NCBI GenBank assembly: GCA_944391015.1 | Contig: CALXRZ010000002.1 | Span: 1 to 61,597, forward strand | Length of the DNA stretch: 61,597 nucleotides | DNA from: an uncultured Clostridia bacterium | GTDB lineage: Bacteria; Bacillota; Clostridia; TANB77; CAG-508 | Direction of reading: 5' to 3' | In this document: positions 58,727 to 61,597 of the stretch, one piece after another | How the letters are laid out: each line of letters starts with the position of its first letter | Position numbering within the stretch: position 1 is the stretch's first letter | Translations under genes and position numbers: made by a program | Notes under the pieces: model-generated | What the model was told of the DNA's origin: nothing | What the model saw: only the letters and a program-made list of their open reading frames with translations | Database searches by the model: none

Positions 58727-60118
58727 TTATAGATTGTTAACTAATTCTTTAAATTTTTCTCCTCTTTCTGCAAAGTTTTTGAACATATCAAAGCTTGCGC
58801 TTGCAGGTGAAAATAGTACGATTTCACCTGGTTCAGCATATTTACGTGCTAATTCTACCGCTTGCTCTACTCCCTTTGCTCTATATATTGGAAATACTTC
58901 ATCAGGGTCAAGTTCATTAACAACTGCATCATATATTTTAGGCGCTGTTTTGCCCATTATAATTAGTTTAGTAACTTTATCTAATATAGGTCTTGCTAGA
59001 GGTGCATAGTCTAAGTTTTTGTCATATCCACCTGCAATTAACACAATCTTTTCGTCAAAAGAGTTTAAGCCTGCTATAGTTCTAGTTGGGCTTGTTCCAA
59101 TAGAGTCATTATACCATTTAACTCCATTTAGCTCCCTTACGAATTCTAACCTATGCTCTACACCTTTAAATTCTTTTATTGCTTCTACTTGTGTTTCTGT
59201 ACTTACTAAATCAGACGTTGCTGCAATGGCTGCACATACATTTTCGTAATTGTGCACTCCTCTTAGATGTATATCTTTTACATCTATAAGATGTTTTCTT
59301 ACTCCATCTTCACACTCTTTTATCATTCCGTCATCATAAATTACACCATCGTCTAATTTTTCCTTACTGCTAAAGAACACTACCTTGCCTTCTGCTTCAT
59401 TTTTAAATCCACGAGTAATATCATTATCATAATTTAATACAACTTTTCCTGTTGAATCTTGATAATTAAATATATTCTTTTTTGCTTCTATGTATTCCTC
59501 ATAAGATTTATGTTTGTCTAAATGATTTGGAGATATATTTGTAATTACTGAAATATCTGGACTAATTTCCATTCCCATTAGTTGAAAACTACTTAATTCT
59601 AGGACTACAATGTCATCTTCTTTAAAGTCTCTAACTTTGGTAAATAGTGGTATACCTATGTTACCACCTAAGTGACAGTTATACCCACCTTTTTTCAATA
59701 TTTCATAAATTAGTGTTGTAGTTGTGGTCTTTCCATCACTTCCTGTTACTCCTATAATTTTGCAAGGACAAGTGTTCATAAGCATCTCTATTTCGGAAGT
59801 TACTATTGCTCCTCTTTTTTGCTCAGAATTTAACTGTAAAGTAGTTGGCAAGCAACTTGGAGAACGAAATATAATATTATACCCTCTTAAAAAATGAAGA
59901 GCATTTTTACCAGTTACTAGTTCAAAACCATAATTTTCAATTTTATTTACAATATCTTCTTCTAGCTTTTCTTTATCTCTCTCGTCAAAAACTGTAACAT
60001 TTGCTTGCAAATTAAATAAATAATCAATTAGAGGAATATTACTTACACCCAAGCCTATAATAGCTACTCTTTTTCCTCTTATATTTCTTTCAAACGCATC
60101 TAATTTTAAATTTTCCAT
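58727..60118 (-). CDS. murD: UDP-N-acetylmuramoyl-L-alanine--D-glutamate ligase
   Basis: GLGVSN, GVTGSDGKTTTTTL P-loop; start set at the ATG after AAAGGGGA (residue 27 of the track ORF). Confidence 0.9.
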   Translation of the reverse strand: MENLKLDAFERNIRGKRVAIIGLGVSNIPLIDYLFNLQANVTVFDERDKEKLEEDIVNKIENYGFELVTGKNALHFLRGYNIIFRSPSCLPTTLQLNSEQKRGAIVTSEIEMLMNTCPCKIIGVTGSDGKTTTTTLIYEILKKGGYNCHLGGNIGIPLFTKVRDFKEDDIVVLELSSFQLMGMEISPDISVITNISPNHLDKHKSYEEYIEAKKNIFNYQDSTGKVVLNYDNDITRGFKNEAEGKVVFFSSKEKLDDGVIYDDGMIKECEDGVRKHLIDVKDIHLRGVHNYENVCAAIAATSDLVSTETQVEAIKEFKGVEHRLEFVRELNGVKWYNDSIGTSPTRTIAGLNSFDEKIVLIAGGYDKNLDYAPLARPILDKVTKLIIMGKTAPKIYDAVVNELDPDEVFPIYRAKGVEQAVELARKYAEPGEIVLFSPASASFDMFKNFAERGEKFKELVNNL

Positions 60119-60127
60119 AATTTCCCC

Positions 60128-60159
60128 TTTCAGCAATTTTGGACGGTCCCAATTGCAAA
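60128..60159 (+). repeat. ACGG-loop hairpin motif, divergent copy g
   Basis: TTTCAGCAATTTTGGACGGTCCCAATTGCAAA; overlaps the last codons of the cmk-like gene on the opposite strand. Confidence 0.45.
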
Positions 60160-60825
60160 TAATACTTTTTCGGTTGCTTTTTTTACGGTATTGCAATCAG
60201 TTACATCAACTCGTATTGTTTTGTCATAAATATTATAATATCCTGCTTTTTCTTGCAATTTATCTCTTTGCACAATATTTTGTTTTACTTCGTCATAATT
60301 GGCACTTTCTCCATATTGTTTCATTTTTCTTTTTACTCGTTCTTCTAAATCTGCCTCTATAAATAAATGATAATCTAGGTCTGGATATATATTCATTAAG
60401 TCTCTTCCAGATACAATCACATTAAACTTTTGCTTATACATATCAATTAGTTTTCTGGCAAAGCCATATAATTCAGAATTATCTGCATTTGCACCAGCTA
60501 TAGAAACAGCCATAGATGCTTCTTCTGATTGTAAATTATCTTCATCAATTTTTTCGCCATTTATATATATCACTGTTTCACCGTTCTCTATCTTAAATTC
60601 AACACCAAGTTTATCCATCATATCTTTAATGTCTATATTTTTTATGTTGTTCTTTAAACTGTTTAAATCAATATGTTTAGAAGACATTAGTGCATATACA
60701 ATTCCTCTATATAAATTTCCTCCGTGTAATATAATACTATTCGGTATGTGTTTTAATAATTCTCTACAAATTGAAGTTTTTCCACTTCCTACTAGTCCTT
60801 CAATTCCTATTACTTTATTGCTCAT
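60130..60825 (-). CDS. Cytidylate-kinase-like P-loop NMP kinase
   Basis: GIEGLVGSGKTS Walker A, GGNLYRG; the exact substrate was not determined. Confidence 0.5.
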   Translation of the reverse strand: MSNKVIGIEGLVGSGKTSICRELLKHIPNSIILHGGNLYRGIVYALMSSKHIDLNSLKNNIKNIDIKDMMDKLGVEFKIENGETVIYINGEKIDEDNLQSEEASMAVSIAGANADNSELYGFARKLIDMYKQKFNVIVSGRDLMNIYPDLDYHLFIEADLEERVKRKMKQYGESANYDEVKQNIVQRDKLQEKAGYYNIYDKTIRVDVTDCNTVKKATEKVLFAIGTVQNC

Positions 60826-60919
60826 AGAATTCCCTCTCTTTTATTCAAATTACTTTGAAAATTATACCACAATATTATAAAATTTCAACTTTTTTTGAAA
60901 ACTTAGGCTAGATGTGTAA

Positions 60920-61217
60920 GTTACTTTGATAATGTTTTTTATACTTTGCAATTTAAATAAACATTTTATTAAGTAGGTTAGAGTAGGCTTCTAAAAAAAG
61001 TATGAAAATATGGAATGGAGAGTACTTTGAGTTAGAAATTCTTAATAAATTTTATGGAAAGAGTTCATCTCGATGGAAGGGTGCCATAAAATTTATTTAG
61101 AATTTCTATGAAAAAGTAGCTGGACCGACATATTTGAAATACTTTTTTTAGAAGTTTACTCTAACCATAATTATAATTGCAAAAATTGCAAAGTATAAAA
61201 ACCATTATCAAAGTAAC
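60920..61217. repeat. Long nested palindromic element, copy B (core 60976..61166)
   Basis: Core about 95% identical to 8821..9011; outer locus-specific arms GTTACTTTGATAATGTTTTTTATACTTTGCAATT / AATTGCAAAGTATAAAAACCATTATCAAAGTAAC. Confidence 0.85.
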
Positions 61218-61291
61218 ATATTTAAAAAAATAAGTTTTGTATAAAATTTATTTTTTTGTGCATAATTGTATTAGATTGGAGGTGCTTCAAT

Positions 61292-61381
61292 ATGTCAGAA
61301 AACAATAATTCAAAGAAAAACAACAAAAAGAATAATGGAAAACAAAACGAAAATAATAATAGAAACAATAATAATCAATAA
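61292..61381 (+). CDS. Candidate 29-aa Asn/Lys-rich small protein
   Basis: MSENNNSKKNNKKNNGKQNENNNRNNNNQ; GGAGGTG RBS 7 nt upstream; terminator hairpin downstream; not in the ORF track (too short). Confidence 0.35.
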   Translation: MSENNNSKKNNKKNNGKQNENNNRNNNNQ

Positions 61382-61421
61382 TTAAATTACTCTTTCTCTT
61401 ATTTTTATAACTAGTAATTCA

Positions 61422-61474
61422 AAAAGGCTATTAAGTTTAGGTCATAGTGACCCATTATAACTTAGTAGCCTTTT
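61422..61474. terminator. Bidirectional terminator between the small ORF and uvrA
   Basis: AAAAGGCTATTAAGTT / AACTTAGTAGCCTTTT. Confidence 0.65.
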
Positions 61475-61489
61475 ATGTATTATAGCTTT

Positions 61490-61597
61490 TTATCTTTCTA
61501 AATATTTCTTCAAGAACTTGCCTGTATAGCTTCTGTCATTTTTTACTATTTGCTCAGGTGTTCCAACTCCAACGATTTCTCCTCCACCGTCTCCACC
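61490..61597 (-). CDS. uvrA: Excinuclease ABC subunit A, C-terminal 35 codons (partial, runs off the window)
   Basis: Hand translation [35 protein letters not shown] matches the UvrA C-terminus pattern. Confidence 0.8.
   Translation of the reverse strand, partial: GGDGGGEIVGVGTPEQIVKNDRSYTGKFLKKYLER

Overview
AT-rich chromosomal window from a spore-forming Clostridia-type Firmicute. Typical 60-nt lines I sampled are about 20-30% GC. The backbone is housekeeping plus sporulation and germination genes: fba, smpB, a P-type ATPase, an RluA-type pseudouridine synthase, tRNA-Leu(GAG), an OmpR/HK pair, an ECF-like sigma with a putative anti-sigma, an M23 peptidase, a GH18 / CwlJ-SleB-like / GerQ-like germination cluster, pta-ackA, an acyltransferase, a class-B PBP, dpaB, rho, divIC-yabQ-yabP, aspartokinase, prfB (programmed +1 frameshift, recovered by hand), kduD with an RpiB-like isomerase, secA, murD, a cmk-like kinase and the 3' end of uvrA. 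Accessory content: a PstI/BsuBI-type R-M pair; an MqsR-like toxin with a zinc-ribbon-HTH antitoxin carrying a candidate Panacea-like (DUF4065) C-terminal domain, flanked by 34-bp direct repeats; a tyrosine recombinase / triple-HTH / Fic region; a GC-rich MYG1-like gene; and a translationally coupled two-gene cassette of unknown function next to a frameshifted ytvI-like gene. The least explained signal is non-coding. First, a 7-copy stem-loop family with a fixed G-rich ACGG loop sits at gene boundaries. Second, a family of long nested palindromic elements shows arm-to-arm compensatory changes. There are also a 72-nt intergenic repeat, a shared promoter-like motif linking the ECF sigma gene to a duplicated membrane-protein cluster, and an over-represented 11-mer (ATTGCACAAAA) concentrated in the recombinase-Fic region. 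All function calls rest on motif recognition in the supplied translations. No database search was run. Coordinates of non-coding elements were read by hand and may be off by 1-2 nt.
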